Positions 13,154-27,113 of a stretch of DNA of 64,000 nucleotides are shown in pieces (the first letter of the stretch is position 1; each line of letters opens with the position of its first letter). The DNA comes from Octopus vulgaris. Its lineage: Eukaryota. Below the pieces are notes generated by a model. The model was not told the origin of the DNA and ran no database searches. It saw nothing but the letters and a program-made list of their open reading frames with translations. The position numbers and the translations under genes were made by a program. The stretch is from contig OX597822.1 in NCBI GenBank assembly GCA_951406725.2, positions 10,912,001 through 10,976,000 of the forward strand, written 5' to 3'.

Positions 13154-13591
13154 CAGGTAGTCATCGAGTTACGACCTATCCGACTTACGACCAATCGAAT
13201 ATACGACGATTAGCGCGCCAGCAATAATAAATAATCCAGTTGAAATCTAATGGGTTTTATTTCTTAGACATTAATTTCTTAGAAATTAACCCGTCTGCAG
13301 ATGATGTCAACAAACAAACGCTTCCCCTAGGGTTTGGTCATCGAACGCCACTGTGTTGTATGACGATCCTGTCGCGGAGACATCGAGGCAACTTCGTATT
13401 TGCTTATAAGACGGCTGCATGTGACTCTGAAATTTTTGACTAACGCCAGTGTAATCGTATAATACAGAATGTACGTTAAGAATGTAAAAATATAAAACAA
13501 AGTTATGTTGGCCTATAGACCGACTTACAACCAAATCCACTCACGACCAGTCAGTCGGAACCCATTGTGGCCGTAAGTCGACGACGACCTT
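13154..13591. mobile_element. Tigger/pogo-like MITE
   Basis: Imperfect TIRs CAGGTAGTCATCGAGTTACGACC / rc AAGGTCGTCGTCGACTTACGGCC; TA on both flanks. Confidence 0.75.
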
Positions 13592-14198
13592 TACAAGACT
13601 GTGCTAGTCGTTGTGCTGGTCAAAAAAAGAAAAGGCAGAAAGTTTGTAGGAGTTTACAGAGTCTCAGTGTAATTATCGTTGAAGAATTGCAGGAGTTTGC
13701 ATAGTAAAACATCTAAAATGAATCTGAAGCGCCCTACTGTAGAGCCCCTAACACCACGAAATATTCTTTGTATTGAATTTCTTAATAACAGTTTCACCAA
13801 GACACCAGACATTATGGACCAGCTCGCCAACTATGACTCTAATTGTAAACTCAACAGCAAGACAGGGAGAAACGTTCTAAATGTGATATCCTACTAAAGT
13901 GAGCTATTTCCTAATAAAGCACTCAAGAAAATGCAAATGATATTAGATGACACTCTTTGAAATGCAACCTAGGAATGAGGAGAATCATAGCCTACGCCTT
14001 TATTTCATCAGATATAGCGCCTGTTGCCCTTTTTATTACAGCCAATTTTCAGCTGGATAACTAAAGTGTAGAACTATATACGCGGGGTTGATGAATTTTA
14101 CAAGCTGCATAATATAACAACATTCGTTCATTTTTACTTCTGATTACATTATAACTTAAGATAACAATCTTGTCATTGTCATCAGAAGTAATTATCAT

Positions 14199-14301
14199 CA
14201 TTGTGCCATGTGCATCAAAAACTACAGGAATAATTGCTGTCTTAGTCTTCCAGTCTCTTCAGCTCTCTGCCTAGATCCTGATATTTCTCAATATTTTCAA
14301 T
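14199..14301 (-). mobile_element. R4/Dong-like RLE endonuclease fragment
   Basis: Minus strand with one frameshift reads IENIEKYQDLGRELKRL/WKTKTAIIPVVFDAHGT, resembling the EKxxKYxDLxxELxRLW...PVVxGALG motif. Confidence 0.6.
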
Positions 14302-14307
14302 TTCTAA

Positions 14308-14637
14308 GGCGGCGAGCTGGCAGAAACGTTAGCACGTCGGGCGAAATGCTTAGCTGTATTTCATCCGTCACTACGTTCTGAGTTCAAATTCTGCCTAGGT
14401 CGACTTTTCCTTTCACCCTTTCGGGGTCAATAAATTAAGTACCACTTACTCACTGGGGCGAAATGCTTAACGGTATTTTGTCTGCCATTACGTTCTGCGT
14501 TCAAATTCCGCCGAGGTCGGCTTTGCCCTTTATCCTTTCGGGGTCGATAATTTAAGTTCCCGGTTGCGTACTGGGGTCGATCTAATCGACTGACCCCCTC
14601 TCCAAAAACTTTCGGCCTTTTACCTTGAGTAGAAAAA
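14308..14637 (+). mobile_element. SINE family A dimer with TSD
   Basis: GGCGGCGAGCTGGCAGAAACGTTAGC head; TSD AATATTTTCAATTT at 14290-14303 and 14638-14651. Confidence 0.88.
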
Positions 14638-14722
14638 AATATTTTCAATTTACGTTCTAAGTACAAATTCTGTCGGGGTCGATTTTGTACTTTTTTTTTC
14701 GAGGTCGGTAAAATATGGATGT

Positions 14723-14762
<40 letters not shown>

Positions 14763-14994
14763 ATGTATATTTCCCATCAAATGTTATTCTTATATTTCTT
14801 ATACGCTTTTATCAAGGTCTCACATTTAACCAACTTCATTATATAATTTGGTTAAAATAATTCTTTGTAGAATACTGGGGACGATATAATCGATTTACCT
14901 CCTTCTCCGAAACTGCTGGCCTGTTGCAGAATTTGAAAACTATATTCTCAATTTCTGTGGCATTGACTCTGTTATCAGTAGGATCATCCTTCTT

Positions 14995-15127
14995 ATGAAA
15001 ATCATCATTATAACAAACAGCAACTTCCTTCCTCATTTTCCCCTCATCATCATTCTCATCATGTTTCTCGTTCTTGCCATCATTACTCTCATTACTACTC
15101 TCATCATAGGCGTCGTCGGCGTTGTTC

Positions 15128-15188
<61 letters not shown>

Positions 15189-16330
15189 TATCATCATCTT
15201 TATCGTCATCACCATTCTTGTATTCTTGTCATTATCATCTTCATCATCATTTTCATGTCATTATCGAAGGCTTCATCATCGTCACCGTTCTCCTCGTCAT
15301 CACCATCATCACTGTCATCATCATTCTCAATCTCACTATAGCTACTATCAGCACCATCATCATCGTTGTCATCGTCGTCGTCGGCATCAATTTCGTCATC
15401 ATCGTCATCGTCATCATCATCATCATCATCATCAACATCATCACCGTCGCCGTCGTTGTCATTATCATCATCATCACCACCATAGTCATCGTCATCGCTG
15501 TCATCATCATCGTCGTCGCTATCGTCGTCGTCGTCATCATCATCATCTGTTCAGCCTCTCCTCTCTGCATGATCCTTTTCATCAATCATAATTATTGATC
15601 CCGACTTATATTTTCTTCTCGTTCGTTTAACACTAACAGCAGCAACACTCCATCACAACTTACACCACCAACCCTGCCACCGCTAACGCCACCCCGCAGC
15701 CGTTCCACCCAGCAACATCAACAATACCCCGACTCCACTCGCCGATAATATCATAGCACCACCACCACCACCACCACCACCACCACCACCACCACCACCA
15801 CCACCACCACCACCACCACCACCACCACCACCACCACCACCACTACAACCACCACCACCACCACCACCACCACCACCACCACCACCACCACCACCACCAC
15901 CAACCACCACCACCACCACCACCACCACCACCACCACCACCACCACCACCACCACCACCACCACCACCACCACCGCCGCCGCTGCCGCCGCCGCCGCCGC
16001 CGTCACTACGAAGCTAATTACCATTAAAACCCACCACGACCATCACTACCTTCATTACCACCCTAACACCCAATATCAGCCTTCATTCCTCAACCACCCA
16101 CCCCAAGTCATCCACCGACTGCACACCGGTACCATTCATCAACGCCACTAACGCTGCCACCACAAGCGGCACCACCATCGCCACCATCCTCTTGCAACTT
16201 CATCAACAACAACAAATTCAACAACGCTTACGCACAACTTACGCACAAAAGAACTACAACAAGCAAACTATACATCCAACAACAACAAAAAAAAAGACAT
16301 TATAAACTTCCACAATAACAATAACAAGAG
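14995..16330. repeat. Low-complexity block: (CAT/CGT)n, (CAC)n at 15757-16000, (CAA)n
   Basis: Seen directly. Confidence 0.95.
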
Positions 16331-16412
16331 CAACACTATGAGGCTATGTAATTTTTCTGTAATTTTACTGCGGTTTCCATTCTATCTTTTTTCCGCCATT
16401 ATTTTTTTCAGT

Positions 16413-16605
16413 CAAGTCTCCATCACCAGATCTACACCACATCCACCTTCTCGTTTTCGCCTCTATTCTCCACGCCACATCACCTACACCACCATTGTCA
16501 TCCAAGTCTCCATCACCAGATCTACACCACATCCACCCCGCCATTCAATGCCTTCTCGTTTTCGTCTCTATTCTCCACGCCACATCACCTACACCGCCAT
16601 TGTCC
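16413..16605. repeat. Two-copy tandem duplication (~90-100 bp)
   Basis: CAAGTCTCCATCACCAGATCTACACCACATCCACC...CATTGTC starts at 16413 and again at 16503. Confidence 0.9.
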
Positions 16606-17198
16606 TCCCATATTTCTCTGTCATCCGATGTTGCTCACTTACTGAGTGAGTGAGTGAGTGAGAAGCTGACTGACTGACTGACTGACACAACACCCAGCCA
16701 TGAAAATAGAACAACAACAACAACAACAACAATTAAAGGATGTTAGTGTCCTTCCACCCTCCAAAACATCGCCACATCCACCCGCCCAGCGCCACCTCTC
16801 CTTCACCATTCAGGAGCGAACATCGAAGATAAATGACAAAATAAATATACTTATAGCTGTGCAATATGCAAATACGGAAGCATGTATGTTATGCAGATAT
16901 GTGTACGCGTGTGTATATATGTGTGTATATAATTATGTATATATTTATGCATTTATTAATGTTATATGTACGTCGTGCTGGGGATGCGCGTATATACGTA
17001 TTTATGTGATGCGCCTGTATATGTGTGCGTTTATCTAATTGGGTATATACGCATATGTGTGTTTATTAACCCTATATGCAAATAGAGGAACATACACACC
17101 ATGGAGATATGTGTGTGCATACGCATCTGCATCAATCAATTTATCTATCGATATATGTGCATGTGTGTGCGTGTGTGTGCGTGTGTGTGCGTGTGTGT

Positions 17199-17234
<36 letters not shown>

Positions 17235-17511
17235 CTTAATGAGTATCTAAGTGTATTTAACACTATATGCATATAAGCAAAAGTGATAGAGGTGCATCTA
17301 TGTGTGTGGGTGTACGTAATTGTATGTAGCCTGTATGAAGCTAGGCATATATGCCCATATATGTGTACAAGTATATATACATCTAAATGTGTGTGCGTAC
17401 ACGTATATTTTCTCTCTCACCTTTCTCTTATATATGTATGTATTGCAAGACTTATATATATACATACACATATATATGTATTTGCGTGTGCGATGTGTGT
17501 GAATGGGTATG

Positions 17512-17612
<101 letters not shown>

Positions 17613-18140
17613 ATATGTTTATATATGTATATATATGTATATATGTATATATATGTATACGTAACATAAATGTACAAATTACAATATACATACATACACA
17701 CATACACATATATTGCAGGAATTACATATGATTTTAGAGTGTCTCCTGCACTCTTCTGTGGCAATAGCGTGGAACATTTACTATATGTCAAGTATCGAGT
17801 TCTTTTTTCTCATCAGTACAACCAAATATATATGTATATATGGATATAAGCGTGTATACACGCATACACACGTATACACACATATTAATACATGCGCATA
17901 TTTGTGTATGTATGTGTGTGTGTTTGTGTGTATGTGTGTGAGTATGTGTTTGCGCGCGCGCATGTTTTTTTATGTGAACGTAATTGCAAGTGCGCGCACT
18001 GCCGCGCTCACAGTTGTTTGACATTTAGCTCTCACTTTCCGTTAAGCATTTTAATTCTTTATTTTGTTCTAAATCACTCAGTTTGGATGATTCTGTTGCA
18101 GAATTCTATATACATTACGATATCCTGCATCCCTTATGAT

Positions 18141-18492
18141 GGGATGGAAGCACTCCGTCGGTTACGACGACGAGGGTTCCGGTTGATCCGATCAACGGAA
18201 CAGCCTGCTCGTGAAATTAGCGTGTAAGTGGCTGAGCACTCCACAGACACGTGTACCCTTAACGCAGTTCTAGAGGATATTCAGCGTGACACAGAAACAG
18301 GTACAACAGAAACAAGAAGTAAGAGTGAGAGAAAGTTGTGGTGAAAGAGTACAACAGGGATCACCACCATCCCTGCAGGAGCCTCGTGGAGCTTTAGGTG
18401 TTTTCGCTCACAACGCCCGGTCTGGGAATCGAAACCGCGATCCTACGACCGCGAGTCCGCTGCCCTAACCACTGGGCCATTGCGCCTCCACT
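18141..18492 (-). mobile_element. SINE family C, well-preserved tRNA-like head, with TSD
   Basis: Minus-strand GGAGGCGCAATGGCCCAGTGGTTAGGGCAGCGGACTCGCGG...GGTTTCGATTCC (A and B boxes); TSD TCCCTTATGAT at 18130-18140 and 18493-18503. Confidence 0.88.
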
Positions 18493-19062
18493 TCCCTTAT
18501 GATATCCCTTAATGGAAGTCTTAACAAGCAACATGTATCATATTTTCGTACCCGCTACACTTTCATTTTGCGAGTGATCGCCGAGTGCGGTCTTCTTATA
18601 CACCTACACGGTCTTTCATCCTTTCATTTTGCCCTTCCTTCTTGTTTACTTCTGTTGCTCATCATCATTAAGGTTATGCTTATTATCATTGTGTGTTTGG
18701 CTTTTACTTTGTATTTGTACAAGTTGACTCCAAGTCTTAACCAGAGACTTCAAGCGGCAACAAGTTAGATGTTCAAGTTTGTATTATGACTAAGCGGCCA
18801 TATTTTTGAATTTGGACAGACTATTGTCCTAGGGAATGTAAGTCAAAACATAAGAAAATTAGAAGTTTGTTTTAAATGTAATTAGATGATAAGATGATAG
18901 TGTGATCTTAAGATAACAGCAAAAAGTGTTTGCTATTATGTACATTGAAATGTACTTCAGTTAATGTTTACAGGTCAAAATGTTTTTGGAATTATATAGA
19001 CAATATTTTTCGTAGGATATAAGCAGTTCTCATGAGCACTATTTTAAAAATTTCTTCCATTT

Positions 19063-19266
19063 CTTCTTCTTCTTCTTCTTCTTCTTCTTCTTCTTCTTCT
19101 TCTTCTTCTTCTTCTTCTTCTTCTTCTTCTTCTTCTTCTCCTCCTCCTCCTCCTCCTCCTTCTTCGTCTCCTTCTCCTCCTCCTCCTCCTCCTCCTCCTT
19201 CTTCTTCTTTTTCTTCTTCTTATTATTATTATCATCATCATCATCATCGTCATCATCATCATCATC

Positions 19267-19298
<32 letters not shown>

Positions 19299-19340
19299 CA
19301 TCGTCATCCTCGTCATCATCATCGTCATCATCATCGTCAT
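19063..19340. repeat. Compound microsatellite (CTT)n(CCT)n(ATT)n(CAT)n
   Basis: Seen directly. Confidence 0.95.
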
Positions 19341-20888
19341 CATCATCGTCATCATCATCAGGTGTAGTCATCCCCCTAAACTCCATCCAAACTCCACACA
19401 CCGCCATCATCATAATCTCGATTATATATATACAAAACGAAAGAAGAACTTTTACGGAATAACTCGACCTGCATAAAGCAGCAATAACTTCTCGCTCGGA
19501 TCGCGCCTTACGGTCTAATAGAAGCAGTCATTAAATACTGGGATTGAAGATTCAGTGTTAGAAAACAATAAAAGACAAAGAGAAAAACGCAAGAGAATAT
19601 ATCCTTTCTCAAAGACTTTCTGGCTAATAGAAAAAAAGTAAAATGGAAGGTCTCGCTAAATAGGAGAGTAGACCAGCATACGGGCAAACAGCAGCCTCGC
19701 TATTGGTACACAAGGACCGGATGGTATGTTAAACTGAAAGCTGATTCACTGTAAAACAATATACATGTTGAGCCAATGGTTATGGCCATTCGTAGTCACA
19801 TGAGATACTACAAATTCATCACTTCCGCTTCAAATCATCTTAAAAATGAGGAATGATCCATTACATAATGAATTCTGCCTGAAGAGTGTGGGCCTAATGG
19901 CTTGAGTGATATTTGGTAAATATTTTTAGGAGTTGACTCAATACACACAGTTTCACCCGATGGCTCATGGTGGGGGTGGTAGTGGTTTTGTTGTTTGTTA
20001 GGTTTTGTTGTTTGTTAGGTGTATGATGTGAGTAGCGAACGAACGTAAAGTTAAAAAGGGAGAACGTGTTTGGGATATGTGAAAGAAAACCTTTGCAGCA
20101 GCTTGCCCTGCCATTGGATGATAATTTTTAGGTGTTTCTTGTCTCAATGGAAGCGAGGATAATGATTGCGAAATGGCAAACAACTTCAACAGTAAGGACA
20201 ACAGCAAGAGTGTAATGTAAATAAAAGAAGGTCGTGGTAACGATAGGTGTTGTTATCCAACAAAACTTGGCAGACGGAAATCGAAGAACAAGATTAATTC
20301 AACCCCAATTGACATTGCTAACTAAGCACATAATGATGAGATCTTCCGTTAACTAATCGCCTTCTTTGCCACTTCTCTTATTCTCCTTGTTTCCTTCATG
20401 TGTCAAATGCTTCCTCCATAACACCTCATCTTTCACTCTTTAGTCCTCGATTTTTTTTCTTCTCTATTTCTTCCTATATTTGTTCAATTCTTTCCTTCGT
20501 TCTTTCTCTCTTTATTCTTTATATATCTATTTGCTTTCTATTCTATAATTGCCACATTCTTTCGTTCATTAATCTTCAACTCTTGTCTTTGTTTTTAATA
20601 TACATGTGTGTATGTGTGTGTCTGTACGGACGTAAGCATTTATGTATGTTTGTATATATAGCAGGTGCATATGAATGTATGAATGTATGTATGTATGTAT
20701 GTATGTATGTATGTATGTATGTATGTATGTATGTATGTATACACACACACATATGTAAGTAAATTATATAAATCTGTCTTTTCTTTCTCTTTTTTTGTGT
20801 GTGTGTGTATGTTTCTGTGTATGGATATATATATATACAAAAACACACGCACGCAAAGATATATATATATACAGAAACACACGCACAA

Positions 20889-20941
<53 letters not shown>

Positions 20942-20950
20942 ATATATATT

Positions 20951-21002
<52 letters not shown>

Positions 21003-23635
21003 AGTACATATACATATGTACATTTATATGTATGTATGTGTGTATGTATGTATCTCTTTTACTGCATGTTTTCAGCTGCACTTTGCCAAACTCTTTTCGG
21101 TAGGAGATTGTATATGTATAGAGCCACTGTATGAGGGGAAAATTGCCTACATTGAATATTGTTTGGGGTGTCTAATATACGAGCTGCATTTCTTTATCCC
21201 AGACACTTGTTTGCTTCTGCCTTAGCAATCGTCTACCATAGATGACAGCAGCCAGATAGTTTACCCGGTTGAGTGAGCCACAGAATGACGACGTTACTGA
21301 GCAAGTTGAGAGAGAGATTTCAGACCCGTAACTTTGCGCAACCCAGTGTTGTACATTTTTTAAAAGATTACCAAAAATCTGATAATTGTCGTGGATAGTG
21401 TAGTCGGAGACTTGCAAGTCTTTGCGACAACTTCCAATTTATGTAATTCATCTGAGAGCATTTTGGGAAGTCATCTGGTGAGCGCTGCTCAATTTGGTTC
21501 ACTCGACAGCTTTCAACAAGATCACCCATCGCTAAGTAGCAACTGTTTTCAGAGCACTCAATTTCAGTCTTATCTTCAGAAACTGATTTGCTCAAATGTT
21601 TAGCAACAGCTGTTGTTCAGTGGTCAGATTAATCTGTCACCTTTTGTAAACCTTCAGTAGAAAAAACTCGGCTCATTCGAGGATGCACTCTCTTCCGTCT
21701 CCTATGGTTTTGCTACTTAGGACGAAGACTGAATAGTATATCGGTCGGTGACAGGAGAGCCGTATCTGCATTCGCAAACTATATCATTGTCATAGAATCA
21801 CACTCTTCAGATATAGAAGCTGTAGATATGACACTGGAACAGTACCAGGAATGTGTGGAGGCACATGTCCACTTGTTAATGTCGATAAACTTGCAACACA
21901 ACATTGGGAAAGGTATATCTATAATTTATGTTGCTGGAACGAGAACCTTGTTTGGGTACTGGGTTCTGATTTGAAGCTTAAGTTTAATTGGAGAGAAATT
22001 GGGAAGAGACCGTCATCGAAGTGTCCAGCCTCTCTGAAAAGTAAACCGGGATGGAGTTGTCCATAAAAGGTTGGATGGAAGTGATTAATGCTAAATTATT
22101 TCGGAGCGAAACACCAACTGACAATTAATTGTACCTTCTGCCAAGATACATCCGACCAGAGGGGAGCGCACGCTTTTCCCGTTTTTATGGATGACACAGG
22201 TTCTGTTGGTTAGGAAATCTATCTACTCTCAACATTCGATGTGTGATGAACTTCGGATTCGTCAGTTGATGTGCAGGAACACACTGAGACTGACAGAACG
22301 GCATAAATATTCTGACCTTCTAAAATGACAGCGAATACAACGACAACGGAAAGGAAGGGTGACTTGTGGGATACCATTTGTGTAACGTTTCTATCCGCAG
22401 CTCATCTCTTTGACGAAGAGAAAATCATGCTTAGCGAAGAATGATGTAGTATATTTGGCATCTCGAATGTTGACAGGCACCCATACCATTCTACCAGTTG
22501 AAGAACGTCGCGTTAACAACTATCGAATTCCATTGAGGGTTAATAGTAGGTATGAGTGGTGATGTTCCAGGAACGGTTTCGGGCATTGACCAGAACAACA
22601 CAAGCATATTAACTCGAGAAATACGGTCAACTTCCAAAATCCTTGTCATGAATAAAGCACAACTGAAGCAAAACAGGTGCAGAAGTACCACCAGCTAATT
22701 CTGAGATGAGTTCGGACCAATGAAATCCTCCTGAACACTATTGTTCAGGGACCGTTTATTAAGGGCGTATCGGCTTGTACTTAACTGCTGTAGTATATAC
22801 TAGGGATGTGGCTGTCAGCCCAATCCGTTGTAAAAATAGAGGTTCCACCTTCCTTTGCAGAGAAAAGAAACTATTCTGCTTCAGTTTGATACCTATGTTG
22901 AAAACAAGTTACTAGATAGATTACACTGAAGATTTCTCTACGTTCTCTTTATTTTCTCCTTCTATTCCTTTGGTCTCTTTATTCCGTTGGTCAATTACTC
23001 ACCTGTATATCTCCATACGTCTAAAATTGCATTCACCTCCGTTTTACTAACATAACTTCTCTTCCATTTTCGTTTTCTTATTCATCCTTTACGTAACCTG
23101 TAACTCTTACTACAGTACTTCTCTCTGTACCTCCTATACCTCGAATTCATGCATTTGCCATTCGTTCATGCATTTGCCATTCGTCTTCTGAACAAAATAT
23201 CGTGAATTTGTCGCGCAGAGATGCTCAGCCATCAAGATACGTTCTCGTTGATATTGTCATTTCTTTTATGCTTATGACCAATATTGCCTCGCTATTGCAT
23301 CTGCTTGCATAATATGCATTGCCGTGTCAACCATTCACGGATCATTGCAAACAGTCGTAAAGACAAGGTCTGCTTATGTCTTGTAAAGTGCATATGAAAT
23401 TTTTCATGTAAATACATTCCTTATACCTGTTATTATTTCTCCGTCATTCTTAATCGATATACGCTCGATTTCGATCGCTATTCTAGTTGAATTTTCTACC
23501 TGCAGACTTCCTTACACTGAACAAATATTTGGAGTTTAAAATGTAGATCTCCTTAAGCACTAATTAGCGACAATCTATCCCACGCTTATACTGGACTTTA
23601 TCATCTATACACACACACACACACACACACACACG

Positions 23636-23714
<79 letters not shown>

Positions 23715-24266
23715 GTGGTAAAGCGGACGAAAGACAAACAGAGAGATAATTTTACAAAGCAAACTGATAAGCTGATAACCAGACAGATCTTCAGATGATT
23801 TCTAAGACCACATAGATGCCGTATGAAGAACAAAGGGCTGTGATAATTGCAAGAGATGAGTTAATCACTAGACTTCAGCTAATCACCAGAGTTGAAACAA
23901 TCAACTTCTGGATAACCAGAGATAGACTGAGATCGTAATAAACATCCCCCCACTCCACACCGAGACCGCGAAACAACACAGCCATATACACCCACAAACA
24001 TACATCCATACATGCATACATAAATTCATACTTTAACTTTTGCTGGAGCTGGACAGCGGCCATGATGGGGCACCGCCTTGAAAGGCTTAGGCGAACTGAT
24101 CGGCACCAATAGTTACTTTTTAAACTTGCTACTTATTCTAAAGGACACCTTGGGAGTACTGCAGAGACACCGGGCGTAAAAGAGCTAATTTGTTTGTCAA
24201 GTAGTGGTAGACGACAAACACAAGAACACACGCGCGCACCACACAAGCACGTGCGCACACAGAATA

Positions 24267-24338
<72 letters not shown>

Positions 24339-24544
24339 GTATGTATATACACACACACACACACACATATATATATATGTTAGTTAACGGTAAATAAAGG
24401 ATAATTTATTCATCCATTTATATATATGTATATATATATATATATTTGTTTCAGTCATTTGACTGCGGTAGTGCTAGAGAACCACTTTCAAGGTATATAT
24501 TATTATATATGTATCACTAACTGTAAGTTAGTGATACATATATA

Positions 24545-25427
24545 CGATGTCTGATCCATAAGTATCCGGACTGTTGCCATAGTAACGATGCTAAAACACG
24601 CGGAGTAAATCCGCTTAACAAAGATGGACCTTGAAATCTACTGCGCATGCACACTGAGCTTTAATGTTCTAGCTCACTTCCGCTGATTACAGCAGTACTT
24701 GGAAGGAATGTGTGTAGCGTGTGATCGTCGCATTGACCATGACAGAGAAAGTTGTCATGGCGATACGTGCTCAAAGGCCTACGCAAAGTTGCAGAGTGCG
24801 TGGAGAGGAGTGTATGAGCCGCACACAAGTGTACGAATGGTTCAGACGTGTCGCAGATAGTCAGGAAAATTTGGATATTGATGAACATTCTGGGAAACCC
24901 GCAACCAGCAGAACTGAGAAAAACATCGCTGATGTGCATGTAGCTGTGAGGGAAAATCGTCGAATCACCATCCGTAAGTTATCAGGGGATGTGCAGTTTA
25001 GTTACGGTTCAGTTCAATCCATTATCACTGAAGATTAAGGTATGAGACGTGTGTCTGCCAAGATTGTGTCAAAATTGCTTTCAGCTGACCCCAAAAACTC
25101 GGGTTTCAGTTGCACAAGATCTCCTTGACTATGTCGAAAAGGATGAAAATTTTATGAAAACTTTACGTAAGCAACAATCGCCATGTTTTTGGCAAAATAT
25201 GATTCAGATTTTCTACTTAACTTTCTCTATCATGGTCAATGCGACGATCACACGCTACACACCTTCCTTCCAAGCACTGCTGTAAACAGTGGAAGTGAGC
25301 TAGAGCGTTAAAACCTTGTGTGCATGAACAGCAGAGTGCAAAGTCAATCTTCGCCAAGCTGCTTTATTCTCTGTATTTTAATTTCGTTACTATAGTAACA
25401 GTGTGAATACTTATTGATCAGGCCAAG
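24545..25427 (+). mobile_element. Mariner-derived non-autonomous element with ~210-bp inverted ends
   Basis: TA flanks; HTH peptide MSRTQVYEWFRR...DEHSGKPATSRTEKNI...VRENRRITIRKLS; no catalytic domain. Confidence 0.88.
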
Positions 25428-25543
25428 TATAGTTATGTATACATATATATGTGTGTGTTTGTGTGTGCGCGTGCGCGTGCGTGTGTGTGTGTAACATATT
25501 CATAGATATATTTACATAATACAACGATATATGATATATATAA

Positions 25544-25774
25544 GGTGGTGAGCTGGCAGAAATGTTAGCATGTCAGGCGAAATTATTGGGGTTATTTCGT
25601 CTGCCGCTACGTTCTGAGTTCAAATTCCGCCGAGGTCGACTTTGCCTTTCATCCTTTCGGGGTCGATAAATTAAGTACCAGTTATGCACTGGGGTCGATG
25701 TAATTGACTTAATACCTATGTCTGTCCTTGTTTGTCCCCTCTATGTTTAGCCCCTTGTGGGTAATAAAGAAATA
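25544..25774 (+). mobile_element. SINE family A monomer
   Basis: Head, body and GGGTAATAAAGAAATA tail. Confidence 0.88.
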
Positions 25775-26089
25775 TATATATGATATACCAGGCAAAAGTA
25801 CAAGCCATCGACCAATGTTATTAAATTTTATAGGTTTAAAACCATCAGGACGTTGTATGCATGAATGTTGTATGTAACTAACGTCATATATTTGAGAAGG
25901 GGGAGATAATCTTAGGATGACTTATGTCCCGCTACTACACATCAGTGAGCTACGAATCCTCGTCGTCACTGTTATGTCCCACATTATGACGACGTATTTC
26001 GTCGTCTCTGCGGGACTGGCTCGAACAGCGTACCTTGCTCACTGACGTTACTGACTGACGTTACGGACTGTATCAGTCTTCTATTTATT

Positions 26090-26244
26090 AGTAGTGGATC
26101 ATCACACTTCTCACCCGGAGGCGAGGATGCAAGATTTTTCCAAAACTAACACACTTGGGCAAGTGTCTTCAGCTATAGCCTCGGATCGACCAATGTCTTG
26201 TGAGTGGATTTCATGGAAGGAAAATGAAAGAGAACTGTTGTATA

Positions 26245-26297
<53 letters not shown>

Positions 26298-26497
26298 CAT
26301 CACTCCATCACCGCTTGACAACCGGTCGTGGTGTGTTTACCTCCCCGTACCCTAGCGGATCGGCAGATCAAACCGATAGAATAAGAACTAGGACTTGAGA
26401 ACTAAGTCTTGGGGTCGATTTGTCCCACTAAAACGCTTCAAGACAGTGCTCCAGCATGGCCGTAGTCAAACGGCTGAAACAAGTAAAAGAATAAAAT
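26090..26497 (+). mobile_element. SINE family B, decayed head
   Basis: CTTGGGCAAGTGTCTTC box and family tail. Confidence 0.8.
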
Positions 26498-26549
26498 ATA
26501 CATATATATATACACGCATACACACACATATATATATATATATACATAT

Positions 26550-26742
26550 ATTCTTTTAATCTTTTATTTGTCAGTCAGTTGACTGTGACTATGCTGGTGC
26601 ACCGCCTTTAGTCGAGCAAATTGCAGAACTTATTTTTAGTAAGCCATCCACTAAGTTACGCTAAGTCACGGGACGTAAACACACTAGCATCGGTTGTCAA
26701 GCTATGTTAGGGGGACAAACACAGGCACGCAAACATATACAA

Positions 26743-26745
<3 letters not shown>
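26550..26745 (-). mobile_element. SINE family B 3' half
   Basis: Reverse complement of the tail and 3' body. Confidence 0.75.
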
Positions 26746-26789
<44 letters not shown>

Positions 26790-26816
26790 TATACATATAT
26801 ATATATACATATACAT

Positions 26817-26863
<47 letters not shown>

Positions 26864-26870
<7 letters not shown>

Positions 26871-26977
26871 ATCACGTGATCGACCAGACCATCAGATGTT
26901 ACACATCGCTGGTCACAATGCGTTCCCATTGTTTTAACCTTCGAATGACGCCACCCCGCTGGCTAAGCGAGCAGGCC

Positions 26978-26978
<1 letters not shown>
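26864..26978 (-). mobile_element. Short insert in (TA)n with a (GTGATCAC)n end; probable retroelement 3' tip
   Basis: High-complexity 115 bp between TA runs, ending GATCACGTGATCACGTGA on minus. Confidence 0.45.
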
Positions 26979-27012
<34 letters not shown>

Positions 27013-27057
27013 GAGCCAGTTAAACATACACAGACAAACAGACAGACAGACTGAGAC

Positions 27058-27113
<56 letters not shown>

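Noticed and set aside
14995-16024. His-rich and Gly/Val-rich ORFs resembling structural proteins
   Set aside because: Pure (CAT)n and (CAC)n microsatellites with no unique coding sequence.
18415-18490. tRNA gene on the minus strand
   Set aside because: It is the head of a TSD-flanked SINE; no proper acceptor stem or terminator.
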